Shown here: positions 18,218 to 28,050 of the stretch, piece after piece
Position numbering within the stretch: position 1 is the first letter of the stretch
How the letters are laid out: each line of letters begins with the position of its first letter
NCBI GenBank assembly: GCA_963695555.1
Contig: CAVOGR010000001.1
Location: 96,001-160,000 of the forward strand
DNA: 64,000 nt
Source: an uncultured Gemmatimonadales bacterium
Lineage (GTDB): Bacteria; Gemmatimonadota; Gemmatimonadetes; Gemmatimonadales; GWC2-71-9
Direction of reading: 5' to 3'
Program-made: the position numbers and the translations under genes
The notes under the pieces: model-generated
What the model was told of the DNA's origin: nothing
The model's input: only the letters and a program-made list of their open reading frames with translations
Databases searched by the model: none

Positions 18218-19228
18218 ATGCACTCGGGATTGGTAGTAGGCCTATCTGCGTTGGCCCTGGCACCGATATCGGGCCAGGCGCAAGAGCGGCCGCCGCTCAG
18301 GCCGGTTTCGACATACTCGATCGTGGCTCGCGACTCGGCCACCGGGGAACTCGGAGTCGCGGTTCAATCCCACTGGTTCTCGGTCGGCCCCCTGGTGCCG
18401 TGGGCCGAGGCCGGCGTCGGCGCGGTGGCGACCCAATCGTTCATCGAGCCTGGGTATGGGCCGTTGGGGCTCGACCTCATGCGCCTCGGGCGGACCGCTC
18501 CCGAGGCTCTCCGTGCGCTGGTATCGACCGATGGCGATTCGATGGTTCGGCAGGTTGCGATGATCGATGCCCAGGGGAGGGTGGCGGCGCACACTGGGAG
18601 CCGGTCCATCCAGGCGGCCGGACACCGGTTGGGCGCCCAGTATTCCGTGCAAGCCAATCTCATGGAACGGCCTACCGTGTGGGACGCGATGGCACGGGCA
18701 TATGAAACGGCGAGTGGCGACCTGGCCGATCGCTTGCTCGCGGCGCTTATCGCTGCCGAGGGCGAAGGTGGCGACATCCGCGGCCGCCAGTCGGCGGCAC
18801 TCCTGGTCGTCCGCGGCCGCGGAACGGGGCGTCCTTGGGTTGACCGCAGATTCGATCTCAGGGTTGAGGACCATCCTGATCCTGTCGGTGAATTGCGTCG
18901 TCTGGTGCAGCTCGCACGCGCCTATGAGCACTTGAACGAGGGTGACGCACACGTCACCCAAAACGACCTCGAGCGGGCCTTGGTGTCCTATGGCAAGGCA
19001 ACAACCCTCGTGCCGGATAGTGCGACCAATGGCGAGGCAGCGTTCTGGACCGGAGTGACGCTGGCAGGGGCAGGGAGGGTGGATGAGGGGGTGGCCTACC
19101 TTACGCGGGCGTATCGGTCAGATGCTCGGTGGGCGGTCCTCCTCCGGCGGCTTCCGGCCGCTGGGCTGCTCCCGGCCGACTCGAGCCTGGTCGAGCGGTT
19201 GGTGCGCGGCATGCGAGGAGGGAACTGA
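18218..19228 (+). CDS. DUF1028 (Ntn-hydrolase-like) protein with C-terminal TPR
   Basis: AGGAGG RBS; signal peptide; TYSIVARD, GVGAVATQS, GGDIRGRQSAAL, DLRVEDHPDP. Confidence 0.9.
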   Translation: MHSGLVVGLSALALAPISGQAQERPPLRPVSTYSIVARDSATGELGVAVQSHWFSVGPLVPWAEAGVGAVATQSFIEPGYGPLGLDLMRLGRTAPEALRALVSTDGDSMVRQVAMIDAQGRVAAHTGSRSIQAAGHRLGAQYSVQANLMERPTVWDAMARAYETASGDLADRLLAALIAAEGEGGDIRGRQSAALLVVRGRGTGRPWVDRRFDLRVEDHPDPVGELRRLVQLARAYEHLNEGDAHVTQNDLERALVSYGKATTLVPDSATNGEAAFWTGVTLAGAGRVDEGVAYLTRAYRSDARWAVLLRRLPAAGLLPADSSLVERLVRGMRGGN

Positions 19229-19660
19229 CCGGGGTCCTCTAGGTGAAGATTCGGAGGATCCAACGCCAGACCTTTTCGAGCAAGAAACCGAACACGATTT
19301 TCCACACGCGGGACGCTCCTCATTCCTGGACTCGGGACCGGACGAGGGCACCCCGCTACTTGTTTCAACCTGTGACGATTTCGCGCAGGGGAGGGCGCCA
19401 AGACGCCCCTTCGAAGCCCCAATCCATCTACTGCAGAATGACAAATAATCATACACTCTGAAGAGTCCGGGTGACAATTATGTAATATTTGATGGCACAA
19501 CAGATTGTACTAGATTGTGGGAGGGAACTCGGCTCACAGTACGTCTATTTTTTAGGACTACTGAACCGAGTCTACCTGCCAAATGGCTGGCGCTCCTGCT
19601 GGAGTCGGTGGGAGGGAGGAACCAGCCATTGCTTGGCCCACTGGGATTCGCGAGGCGAGC

Positions 19661-20314
19661 ATGGTCGTCCCCAGCCAGATGTCGACCCGCCAATTCCCGC
19701 CGTCGCTCAGGCTCAGGCTTCGCATGGCGCACGCCTCGGCTTGGGAGTCCCTCATCGCGACGCACACCGCCCAGGCCATGCAGTTCATTCACGAGTTCGC
19801 GCCGCGACTGCCGGTGCTCGGTGCCCTCGATCTGTACTTCCGGGTCGTCGCCGTGCCAGGCTCGATGGAAGAGGTGGTGCGGAACCGCGCCTTGAGTGGG
19901 ATCGAGTTGGCGTGGTTGCCGCCGCGCATCCGGGGCCCGGGCACTAGGCCACGGCCGTGGTCCCGGCTCGACCTGCTCCTCAAGCACGTGCGCTTCCGAC
20001 ATCGCATTCAGGCGGAGACGCTCGAACTCGCGCGACTGGCCGGAGCGCGCGCCGCGGACGAAGTGCTGGACACCCACGTGACTAATGTCTTGAACCTTAC
20101 ACAGCTCTTGTCCGGCCACCTGTCGCTCGAGCGCACGGTGGTCCACTACACGCGGGAGTTCGACGTGTCGGCGCCCGTTGCGGCCTGGGTCAAGCAGCGG
20201 GTGCAGGCGGAACTTGCTTCGGAGCGTCTCGCCGAACGATCCAACAAAGCCAGTGCTCCGCCCACCCAGATCGCTGGTCTGGTGGTTGGGTACCCTGCTC
20301 CGGACGGGGGCTAG
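19661..20314 (+). CDS. Hypothetical all-helical protein with an internal two-fold repeat
   Basis: Coherent ORF after an AT-rich promoter-like region; repeated LxxTH...Y...V..R pattern; start uncertain. Confidence 0.65.
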   Translation: MVVPSQMSTRQFPPSLRLRLRMAHASAWESLIATHTAQAMQFIHEFAPRLPVLGALDLYFRVVAVPGSMEEVVRNRALSGIELAWLPPRIRGPGTRPRPWSRLDLLLKHVRFRHRIQAETLELARLAGARAADEVLDTHVTNVLNLTQLLSGHLSLERTVVHYTREFDVSAPVAAWVKQRVQAELASERLAERSNKASAPPTQIAGLVVGYPAPDGG

Positions 20315-20334
20315 GCAATCGGTGGCAGCTGCGA

Positions 20335-20865
20335 TCAGCCCTGGTTACGTGCCGCGGCACGGCTCAGGAGTTCGCGAGTAAAGCGATCTCGTTCGTCCGG
20401 GGTCACCACAATCGTCCCATCGGTCGTCGTGATGACCACGGCCCCGCGGGCCTTGGTGCCGTACATCGTGTAGTTGCCCAAGGTCCGGCTGTTGAACGCA
20501 CCCCAGATGCCGAAGAAGCCGCTATTGCCACCGGGGGGCCGTTTGAACGAGGTCCCGAGCCACGCCTCGCTCGATTGGACGGTGCGCACGACGGCATAGG
20601 GAAACTCCACGGCCCCGATAGGCCGTTCGATTCGGAGGCCGTCATCGGTCAGAACGATTGCGATCGGAGTGTAGATGTATGCCACCGCAGCTATGGCAAC
20701 GCAGACGGTGATGACGAGGAGAAGTGCCAGCGCGCTGATTCCCCTGGGCGCCGTGGCAAACGCCAGCCAGATGCTCACAGCCAGCAGTGCAAATAGGATG
20801 AGAATGATGCCGGTCATGATCGTCACGAACCAGTCCTGCGACATCCGGTACGATGACATGAGCAT
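20335..20865 (-). CDS. Bacterial PH-domain membrane protein (bPH_5-like)
   Basis: Two TMs then LRIERPIG, GNSGFFGIWGAF, IVVTPDE...F. Confidence 0.75.
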   Translation of the reverse strand: MLMSSYRMSQDWFVTIMTGIILILFALLAVSIWLAFATAPRGISALALLLVITVCVAIAAVAYIYTPIAIVLTDDGLRIERPIGAVEFPYAVVRTVQSSEAWLGTSFKRPPGGNSGFFGIWGAFNSRTLGNYTMYGTKARGAVVITTTDGTIVVTPDERDRFTRELLSRAAARNQG

Positions 20866-20967
20866 TCCGCGCGCCGGGAGGGCCAATCGAATTTCGAATC
20901 GGAAGGCAAGGTAACACCGGGGGCCAAACGGCAGGGAATTCCCCGCCGTTCGGGTGGTCATCTTCCG

Positions 20968-21001
20968 TTGAGAAAGGGGCACACTTGAGAAAGGGGCACA
21001 C
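20968..21001 (+). repeat. Perfect 17-bp tandem direct repeat TTGAGAAAGGGGCACAC x2
   Basis: Seen directly at 20968-20984 and 20985-21001 between divergent genes. Confidence 0.9.
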
Positions 21002-21073
21002 TGGGTGATTGGCTGAGGCCGTGTGCGAGCAGTCCGGTCCCGGACGTCACCAGCCATCGAGGAGCCGCCTTTG

Positions 21074-21637
21074 ATGATATCGATGAAATGGGTTGTGGTT
21101 CCGCTCTGCATGACGGCGGCCGCGTGCCTCACCGACGGTGGAGCAGGCCGCGGGGCGCAGGTGTCCGGCGAGCTGGACCACGCGGACAACGCTCGCGATC
21201 TGACCCTGCCGACGGGTGACGCCGAGGTTCTGTCGGTCTCAGCGATGGAACTCGGTCGGCTCGAGGTGAATGAGGCGCCGGTTCGTTCTGGGACGGCGGG
21301 AGAGAAGCCGGTGGTTTCCGTATCCGAGCGGGTAGCGTATACCCTCCGGCCGGCTGCGGCCGCTTTGCCGGAGGCTCTGACGGTTGAGCTCTCGCCACTC
21401 CACGAAACTCCGATCTCCGCGGCGGTTCGAGTCGCGGCACTGCCCCGTGGGAGGACCGTTGGCGCCCCGACGCCTGAGCCAATCGTGTTGAGCAGGCCAG
21501 GGCATGTTAGCCTCGACGAGCCCTATGAATTCGCGGGGCTGGCTCGGGCGTACACGCCCGAAGAGGCTCGCGGGATCGGGATTCGCCGGCGAGGTGGTTC
21601 ATGTGGACCCACCCGTGGCCTCTGGGCAGGACAATAG
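21074..21637 (+). CDS. Hypothetical (lipo)protein
   Basis: GAGGAG RBS; MKWVVVPLCMTAAAC signal/lipobox-like; followed by a terminator. Confidence 0.5.
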   Translation: MISMKWVVVPLCMTAAACLTDGGAGRGAQVSGELDHADNARDLTLPTGDAEVLSVSAMELGRLEVNEAPVRSGTAGEKPVVSVSERVAYTLRPAAAALPEALTVELSPLHETPISAAVRVAALPRGRTVGAPTPEPIVLSRPGHVSLDEPYEFAGLARAYTPEEARGIGIRRRGGSCGPTRGLWAGQ

Positions 21638-21673
21638 AATGCCTCGGTTCTGATACCCCTCGTTGCCGAGGCT

Positions 21674-21714
21674 GAACATCCGCGGTCCGACGTCGGGTCG
21701 CGGATGTTCCTTTT
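21674..21714 (+). terminator. Intrinsic terminator
   Basis: GAACATCCGCG...CGCGGATGTTC stem followed by CTTTT, between convergent genes. Confidence 0.75.
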
Positions 21715-21720
21715 GGTGGG

Positions 21721-22767
21721 TCAGGCCGAGGCTTGGATCAACTGGAGCACCGCTTCTTCGTCGGCACGGAGCTCATGGGCCCGCCGCGACAACCGCGGGG
21801 TCGTGGATGGAGGTGACGGCGGGATGACTTGCCCGGCCAAGTACTGCTCCAAGATTACCGGATGCACATAGTACTTGCGGCAGACCGCCCGCGTGTTGCC
21901 GAGGAGCTTGGCCACCCCATCGATGACCTTGACGATGTTGGATTTTCCCTCCCGGAGGGTAGCGGCCGGTCCGACGTCCCGGAGTGCGCGAGCGGCAAGC
22001 ATGGTTCCGGCCCAGGTTCGAAAGTCTTTGGCGCTCAGTTCTTCGCCGCCTGAGGCACGCTGCAAGTACTCGTTGATGTCGCCGGAGTCTACCGTCACGC
22101 GGCGGCCGTCCTCACCGAGATACTGAAACAGCTCTTCTCCCGGAATCGTTTGGCAGCGCTGGACGATCCGGGCGATCCGCTTATCGGTAATGGACGCGGC
22201 GTGTCGGACACCGCTCTTGCCGCGAAACTCAAAGCGGACCTCCGACCCGGTTACATCCACGTGGCGTCGCCGGAGTGTCGTCAGGCCGAACGACTTGTTG
22301 TTGCGGGCGTATTGGTCGTTGCCGACGCGGAACAGGGTGCGCTCCAGCAGCCACACGACCGTTGCCAGGACCTTCTCGCGCGGCAAGCCGTCGCGCCGAA
22401 TGTCCCGCTCCACGTGCCGGCGAATGCGAGGGAGATGGCGGCTGAACTCCAGCATCCGGTTGAACTTGGTTTCGTCCTGCATCGCCCGGTATCGGCGGTG
22501 GTAGCGGTACTGCTTTCGGCCCTTCGCGTCGCGAGCGGTGGCTTGAATGTGGCCGTCCTCGGTGGCGCAGATCCACACGTCGGTCCAGGCGGGCGGCAAG
22601 GCCAGCGAGCGGATCCGTTCGAGCGTCGCCGCGTCGCGGATGAGCACGCCCTCTGGGCTCCGGTACCGGAACCCCTCGTCCGCCCCCTGGCGCCGGATGC
22701 CGGGCTCGGAATCCGTGATGTATCTGAGCCCGACCGCCTTGGCTGACTGGATCTTCGCTTGGGGCAT
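21721..22767 (-). CDS. DNA topoisomerase IB (bacterial, poxvirus-like)
   Basis: PPAWTDVWIC, GRKQYRYH, RVGNDQY, FRGKSG, KDFRTW, LGNTRAVCRKYYVHP (catalytic Tyr). Confidence 0.95.
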   Translation of the reverse strand: MPQAKIQSAKAVGLRYITDSEPGIRRQGADEGFRYRSPEGVLIRDAATLERIRSLALPPAWTDVWICATEDGHIQATARDAKGRKQYRYHRRYRAMQDETKFNRMLEFSRHLPRIRRHVERDIRRDGLPREKVLATVVWLLERTLFRVGNDQYARNNKSFGLTTLRRRHVDVTGSEVRFEFRGKSGVRHAASITDKRIARIVQRCQTIPGEELFQYLGEDGRRVTVDSGDINEYLQRASGGEELSAKDFRTWAGTMLAARALRDVGPAATLREGKSNIVKVIDGVAKLLGNTRAVCRKYYVHPVILEQYLAGQVIPPSPPSTTPRLSRRAHELRADEEAVLQLIQASA

Positions 22768-23025
22768 CGTCGAACCGGTCTCCCTCGGTGACGGGGTGTC
22801 CTTGAGTATGAGCCCTGGACCGCATCCGCAAGAATCACTCCCGTCCTTGCCCCGGTGCTCCTCCGGGTCTTGCAGGCCGCGGTGGTCTGGTCAGTTGTCC
22901 AGATCAGATGGTCAAGAAAATGACCGGTTCTGCAAATTGACGTAGGTCATCTAAGACATTGTTTTACAGCTTTTTAGATATCTACTACCCGGATTGTGGT
23001 GGTTATCTTTAAGGCACCTTCATTC

Positions 23026-23041
23026 CGGCATAATTGGTGCA
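23026..23041 (+). promoter_or_regulatory. Candidate sigma-54 (-24/-12) promoter for the 23141 gene
   Basis: CGGCATAATTGGTGCA: GG-N10-GC spacing correct; flanked by two IHF-like palindromes. Confidence 0.5.
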
Positions 23042-23140
23042 GGGCACTGCATGGAGGATCGCGGCTGGGCGATCGATGGTAAGTCGTTGTCCGACAAACT
23101 TTTAACAATCACGTAGCGCACGACTGACGAGGCGGGTCCT

Positions 23141-24799
23141 ATGTACCGCATAATGCTGGAATCCGGCGAAGAAACCGTCTTGGAGAACGTCGAGGACCTG
23201 CTCTACGCCATCGGGAGCGGGGTGGTGAGCAACGCGGCGCAGATCTATCACGCCCAGGCCGAGAAATGGCTCCCGATCACGGTCCATCCGGACTACAAGC
23301 GGGCTACTCAGATCATCGGGGGCCAGTCGGCTCACCCGTCGGCCCGCAAGCGGACGTCGGACACCACACGTCGAACCCGGTGGGCCCGCGAATCGAAGCC
23401 GGATCGGCTCACGCCGCCGCCGTCCCTTCCGCCAGAGCTTCCGGCTCAGAGTCCGAAGCCGAGTTGGCGGCGCCCTCGTAGTAAGTCGCTCGATGGCCTG
23501 CCGCTCTTGGAGCCGGCCGACTCCTCGGACGAGTCGGCCGATCTCGACTTCGCGTTGGGACCCGAGCCACTGCCGCTCGAATCTGAACGTCGCGCCAGCA
23601 CGCCTGTCTCTCCCGCCGATCCGACGCCGGTGCAAGCCGACGCGGAGACTGCCGCCAACGGGGGCACGCCACCCGTGCCTCTGTCTCCGGCGCCAATCGA
23701 GGCACTCTTACAGACGGCCACGGGCGACTTCGACCTGCCGGCGGCGAGCGCGCCGCCGGATTCCGGCGAGGTAGTTACCGGCGAGGCCGAGGAGTGGTTG
23801 CCGGACCTCGAGTTCCCAGACATGGTCTCACCGACCCCGATACGCGGCCGGAGCGCGGTGCGTGCCGATCGGTCGCGCGGATTGGGCCGGAAGGTGGTCG
23901 GCGCCGCGGGTTTACTTGGGATCGTTGTGGTCGGCTGGTTGGGGCTCAGCTTGCTCGGCGGCAAGACCGGTGGTGCCGAGGATGCCGGCCAGAGCTCCAC
24001 AAGTTCACCGCCGGCCGATTCGGCCATGGCGCCAGCCGCGGCCAACCCGACGGGTGGGAACCAAGCGGTCTTGCCGGCCACGACTCGTGCGGTGGCAGGC
24101 GGCAGTGCCGCAGCAACTCGACCGAGCCGGAACGCCAGCTCTTCCGAAACCGCCTACGTGGCCGCCTACGCTGGCGCCAAAGCGCAGTTCGACTCGGTGA
24201 TGTCGGGCGTGGACTTCAATGGCATGTTCGACGCGCCGCGACTGCAGACCGAGTCGGGGCTACTGACGGCGCTCAGCCAGATTCGGGCGACCATGAATGC
24301 GGTGCAGTTGTACCGCAGCCGCGAAATGGCGATTGAGGCAGCCCATCCTGGGGTCGAGGTCTCCGAACGGGAGCGTGCCGACGTTGCCGGTACGGTCGAT
24401 TCGCTGCTGTCGGCGATGGATGCCACCTACGGCTTGCTGCTGAGCCAATACGGGCGCTATCGGCTGGCCGACGGCACCTTGCTCTTCTCGAACCCAGCGG
24501 CGGAACAGGAGTATGTGGATCTGACCCGGCGGATTGGGCGACACGGTCGGATCTTGCAACGGCTGAACCGCGAGCGGCCAACGCTGACGGGCACACGGAT
24601 CGCGCAGGGGATGTCCGGTCCGAGCCTCCCGCGGCTGGGCACCGTAATCGAGGCACCGACCCTGAAGAAGCTCCCGAGCGTCAATGTCCAGATCGAAGGG
24701 CCGCAGTGGGACTCCATCGACGCCGAGCGGCGCGCTCGGCTGACGGACTCGATCATCAAGGCGGGAATGGAGCGTCCCCCACAGGCGCCAACACCCTAG
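23141..24799 (+). CDS. Bitopic membrane protein: GYF_2-like N-terminus, Pro/acidic linker, TM, helical periplasmic domain
   Basis: N-terminal ...LLYAIGSGVV...IYH...KWLPI; low-complexity linker; single TM VVGAAGLLGIVVVGWLGL. Confidence 0.7.
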   Translation: MYRIMLESGEETVLENVEDLLYAIGSGVVSNAAQIYHAQAEKWLPITVHPDYKRATQIIGGQSAHPSARKRTSDTTRRTRWARESKPDRLTPPPSLPPELPAQSPKPSWRRPRSKSLDGLPLLEPADSSDESADLDFALGPEPLPLESERRASTPVSPADPTPVQADAETAANGGTPPVPLSPAPIEALLQTATGDFDLPAASAPPDSGEVVTGEAEEWLPDLEFPDMVSPTPIRGRSAVRADRSRGLGRKVVGAAGLLGIVVVGWLGLSLLGGKTGGAEDAGQSSTSSPPADSAMAPAAANPTGGNQAVLPATTRAVAGGSAAATRPSRNASSSETAYVAAYAGAKAQFDSVMSGVDFNGMFDAPRLQTESGLLTALSQIRATMNAVQLYRSREMAIEAAHPGVEVSERERADVAGTVDSLLSAMDATYGLLLSQYGRYRLADGTLLFSNPAAEQEYVDLTRRIGRHGRILQRLNRERPTLTGTRIAQGMSGPSLPRLGTVIEAPTLKKLPSVNVQIEGPQWDSIDAERRARLTDSIIKAGMERPPQAPTP

Positions 24800-24818
24800 C
24801 CCGTCTCCGAATTCGGTC

Positions 24819-25763
24819 TTAGTGGCTCTCTGCGGGTGCCGGGCCGCCACGGAGATGGACGGTCCGTTGGGGGAATGGAATCTCGATGCCCTCTAAGTCG
24901 AACCGGTTCTTGATGCGCCGGTTGAGTTCTCGCTTGACTTCCCATTGCCTGCCGGGTTTGGTGTCGACGACCACCCGCACATTGACCGCACTGTCCGCCA
25001 GCCCCTGCACGCCTTGCACGACCGGATCGGCGGTGAGGTCATCGGCCCATTCCTCGTCCTTCGTGAACTCGCGGCCGACATCGGCAAGCACGGCGATCAC
25101 TTCGTCAACCCGCTCCCCATAGCCGACCCCGACGTCGAGGACCACACGCGACCATCCGCGGGTCTTGTTGCTGACCATGGCGATCTGGCCGTTGGGGATG
25201 ATGTGGAGGACTCCCTCCACGTCACGGAGGGCGACGATTCGGAGGGTCATTCGCTCGACGACGCCGCTGGTTCCCCCGACTTCGATGATGTCGCCAACCC
25301 CGAATTGATTTTCCACGAGAATGAAGAACCCGCTGATCATGTCCCGCACCAGACTCTGCGCACCGAACGAGAGAGCGAGCCCGAAGACCCCGACGCCGGC
25401 GAGGAGCGGGCCGATGGGAAAGAACAAATTGAGGACGAGCAGTACCGCCGTTGCGATGATGCCGATGCGGGCTACGCTGTAGGCCAGCCCGGCTACGGTG
25501 CGGGCCCGCCTGGCGTCCTCGTAGGAATGCTCGCCCGTTCCCTCCTCTTCCTCCGACAAATGCCGCTCGAGGCGATGCATGAGGCCCTTGGAGACGCGGA
25601 GGGCGGCGAAGGCGAGCAGCAGGATGATCCCGGCGCGGAGCAGCTGCCTCACGAGCCATGCGACATCGACATCGAAGAGGTTGGCGATGCCAGAAAACAC
25701 GCTTCCCGCCCCGGTGCTGAGCGCGGCGGTCGAGTCCTGAAGCACGGAGAGCAACATCATCAT
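24819..25763 (-). CDS. Small-conductance mechanosensitive channel (MscS/YbiO-like)
   Basis: GLALSFGAQSLVRDMISGFFILVENQFGVGD, IPNG, GIEIPFPQRTVH. Confidence 0.93.
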   Translation of the reverse strand: MMMLLSVLQDSTAALSTGAGSVFSGIANLFDVDVAWLVRQLLRAGIILLLAFAALRVSKGLMHRLERHLSEEEEGTGEHSYEDARRARTVAGLAYSVARIGIIATAVLLVLNLFFPIGPLLAGVGVFGLALSFGAQSLVRDMISGFFILVENQFGVGDIIEVGGTSGVVERMTLRIVALRDVEGVLHIIPNGQIAMVSNKTRGWSRVVLDVGVGYGERVDEVIAVLADVGREFTKDEEWADDLTADPVVQGVQGLADSAVNVRVVVDTKPGRQWEVKRELNRRIKNRFDLEGIEIPFPQRTVHLRGGPAPAESH

Positions 25764-25806
25764 CGATGGATACCGGCTGAAGTAGGTGTGAAGGCGCTCG
25801 AGGCTC

Positions 25807-26904
25807 CTACGGCTCTGGCGGTCGGCTCAAGGAGCCATCCCCGAGCCAGCCCTTCCGGCGAAAATAGCTCAGCAGCGCAATCCCCACGGCCGCCATACCA
25901 GCCATCACGAGCGGATAGCCGAGGCTCCACTCGAGCTCCGGCATCCGGCGGAAGTTCATTCCATAGACGCCCGCAACGAACGTCAACGGGATAAAGATCG
26001 TCGCCATGATGGTCAGGACCCGCATGATGTCGTTCATCCGCATGTTCACGGTCGAGATGAACAACTCGGTGAGATCCGAGCTCCACTCACGGTACGATTC
26101 CACCAAGTCCAAAATACGCACGGCGTGGTCGCTGCAGTCGCGGAAATAGACCACCGAGTGCTCGGAGATGAGCGGCGAGGGCTCGCGCTGCAGCGTACTC
26201 AGGAAATCACGGACCGGCCAGATCGCTCGCCGCAGCCGCCGCAGCTCACGTTTGGTGGTTTGGACGTCGCCCAAGGCGTCGGTGGTCGGCCGATTGCCGA
26301 TGTCCTGCTCGATGCTGTCGAGGAGATCCCCGTACGATTCGAGGACCGGGAAATAGCCGTCGATCACCGCGTCGATCAAGGAGTACGCGAGATAATCCGC
26401 TTCCCGGTTGCGGATTTGGCCGCGTTTCTCACGCAGCCGCTTGCGAATCGTGTCAAAGCTGTCTCCCGGGTACTCCTGGAAGGTCACGACGAAATCCTTA
26501 CCTAGGAACAGGCTTATCTGTTCCGTTTCCAGCCGCTCGTGATACTCGGCCATGAGCAGAATGACGTACAGGTGATCGTCATAATCTTCGAGCTTCGGCC
26601 GCTGCCGGGTGTGGAGCACGTCTTCGAGGGCAAGCGGGTGGAGTCGGAACAGCTCCCCGATGGACTGCACCGTCTCGGCACTCCCCAACCCGTCGACATT
26701 CACCCACAAGACCGGATGACGCCCTGCCAACTGGTGGACTCGTTCGGGCGTCGTGAACTCCTCCTCGACCAGATCGTCCGGGCCGAAGGCCATGACCCGG
26801 ATCGTGGGCGCGGCGGCGTCGGGATGTGCGACGAGGGTGCCGGGTGGACTGCCCGGGACGCGCAACGATGTGGCCGAGGTCGATCTGGAAGGGCGGCGAG
26901 GCAT
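25807..26904 (-). CDS. corA: Magnesium/cobalt transporter CorA
   Basis: LHPLALED, QRPKLE, PLTFVAGVYGMNF..MPEL. Confidence 0.95.
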   Translation of the reverse strand: MPRRPSRSTSATSLRVPGSPPGTLVAHPDAAAPTIRVMAFGPDDLVEEEFTTPERVHQLAGRHPVLWVNVDGLGSAETVQSIGELFRLHPLALEDVLHTRQRPKLEDYDDHLYVILLMAEYHERLETEQISLFLGKDFVVTFQEYPGDSFDTIRKRLREKRGQIRNREADYLAYSLIDAVIDGYFPVLESYGDLLDSIEQDIGNRPTTDALGDVQTTKRELRRLRRAIWPVRDFLSTLQREPSPLISEHSVVYFRDCSDHAVRILDLVESYREWSSDLTELFISTVNMRMNDIMRVLTIMATIFIPLTFVAGVYGMNFRRMPELEWSLGYPLVMAGMAAVGIALLSYFRRKGWLGDGSLSRPPEP

Positions 26905-26952
26905 CGGTGAATCCTAACCAGTTGGTCCCATCTCAGCATAGCAGGGAACGGA

Positions 26953-28050
26953 TTACCGCAACCACTCATCACGATGTGCTGCGACAAACCGATCGTCGGT
27001 CAGGTGGGGATACGCCTGGTGTGCCCGGTCGATCTCGGCTCGCTGGCCGGGCGACAGCTCACACCCGGGGTCGAGGCACCAGCGACCGCGTAACAGGCCC
27101 TGTCGCCGAAGCACCTCGTGAATACCGGGGATCGAGCCCCGGAAGCCGTGGGCGGCATCGAATATCGCGGCGTTCGCATCGGTCAGCTGTGCAGCCAGCT
27201 CCAGCAGCGGTTTGGGTATGGTCCGCCTCCGACTCGAGCGGGCACGGCTGCACGCCTTCCAGTGCGCGACCGCGCGGCGGGTCCAGACCGCCCATTGGCC
27301 GAGCAGTCCGCCGACCATGCGCACGGGGGCGTGCCGGGGAGCGAAGCGGTAGGTGGTCAGCAGGTCGAGAATGATGTGATCGTCGTTCCCGGTGTAGAGC
27401 GCCACGTCACCGGCACGGCCCACCTCCCATACCGCGCGTGCCACCTCCAGTGTCTGATAGCGGTCGAAGGGAGCAACCTTGATCGCAACCAGGTTCTCGA
27501 TCTCGAGCAATCGGTGCCAAAAGCCTCGCGGCAGGATGCGGCCGCCCACGGCGGGCTGGAGGTAGAAGCCGACGATGGGCATGACCTGGGCGATGGCGTG
27601 GGCCCGGGCCACCAGGCGAGCGAGTGGGGCGCGACGGAGATCTCGAAAGCTGATCATGGCCGCGTGATAACCCAAGTCCGCGGCAAGGACGGCTTCCGCT
27701 ACTGCGTGACGGGTCGGACCGCTGACGCCGGCGATGCGAATGAACCGCCGCTGCCGCGCTGTCCGAGCCTCCGCGATGGTCTCCGCCCCCAACTCGAGCA
27801 CCGGCTGGAACAACCCGATCTTCGGATCGTGGATTTCGAATTGTGTGGTGTGGACCCCGATGGCCACGCCGCCGGCACCGGATGCGAGGTAGTAACGGGT
27901 AAGCGCCCGCTGCCGCCGCTCGTCCAGCCGGCGGCTGGGCGTCAGGGCTAACGGATGGGCGGGAATTACCGCACCCTGGCGAAGCCGCCGCACAATTGCG
28001 TTCGGTGGCATGGGGTTGCTCGCGGAGCGGCTTGGGCTAGAACCGGCCAT
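26953..28050 (-). CDS. Dihydrodipicolinate synthase-family (class I aldolase) protein
   Basis: VIPAHPLAL, GVHTTQF, GFYLQPAVGG, IKVAPF (Schiff-base Lys), LYTGNDD. Confidence 0.85.
   Translation of the reverse strand: MAGSSPSRSASNPMPPNAIVRRLRQGAVIPAHPLALTPSRRLDERRQRALTRYYLASGAGGVAIGVHTTQFEIHDPKIGLFQPVLELGAETIAEARTARQRRFIRIAGVSGPTRHAVAEAVLAADLGYHAAMISFRDLRRAPLARLVARAHAIAQVMPIVGFYLQPAVGGRILPRGFWHRLLEIENLVAIKVAPFDRYQTLEVARAVWEVGRAGDVALYTGNDDHIILDLLTTYRFAPRHAPVRMVGGLLGQWAVWTRRAVAHWKACSRARSSRRRTIPKPLLELAAQLTDANAAIFDAAHGFRGSIPGIHEVLRRQGLLRGRWCLDPGCELSPGQRAEIDRAHQAYPHLTDDRFVAAHRDEWLR

Noticed and set aside
19470..19515. dif site or sigma-54 promoter in the AT-rich patch
   Set aside because: No XerD-arm match (TTATGTTAAAT), and TGGCAC is not followed by GC at the required spacing
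20968..21001. Possible CRISPR array
   Set aside because: Only two 17-bp units, no spacer, no cas genes
21721..22767. Prophage or mobile element suggested by topoisomerase IB
   Set aside because: No integrase, structural genes, att repeats or composition shift around it
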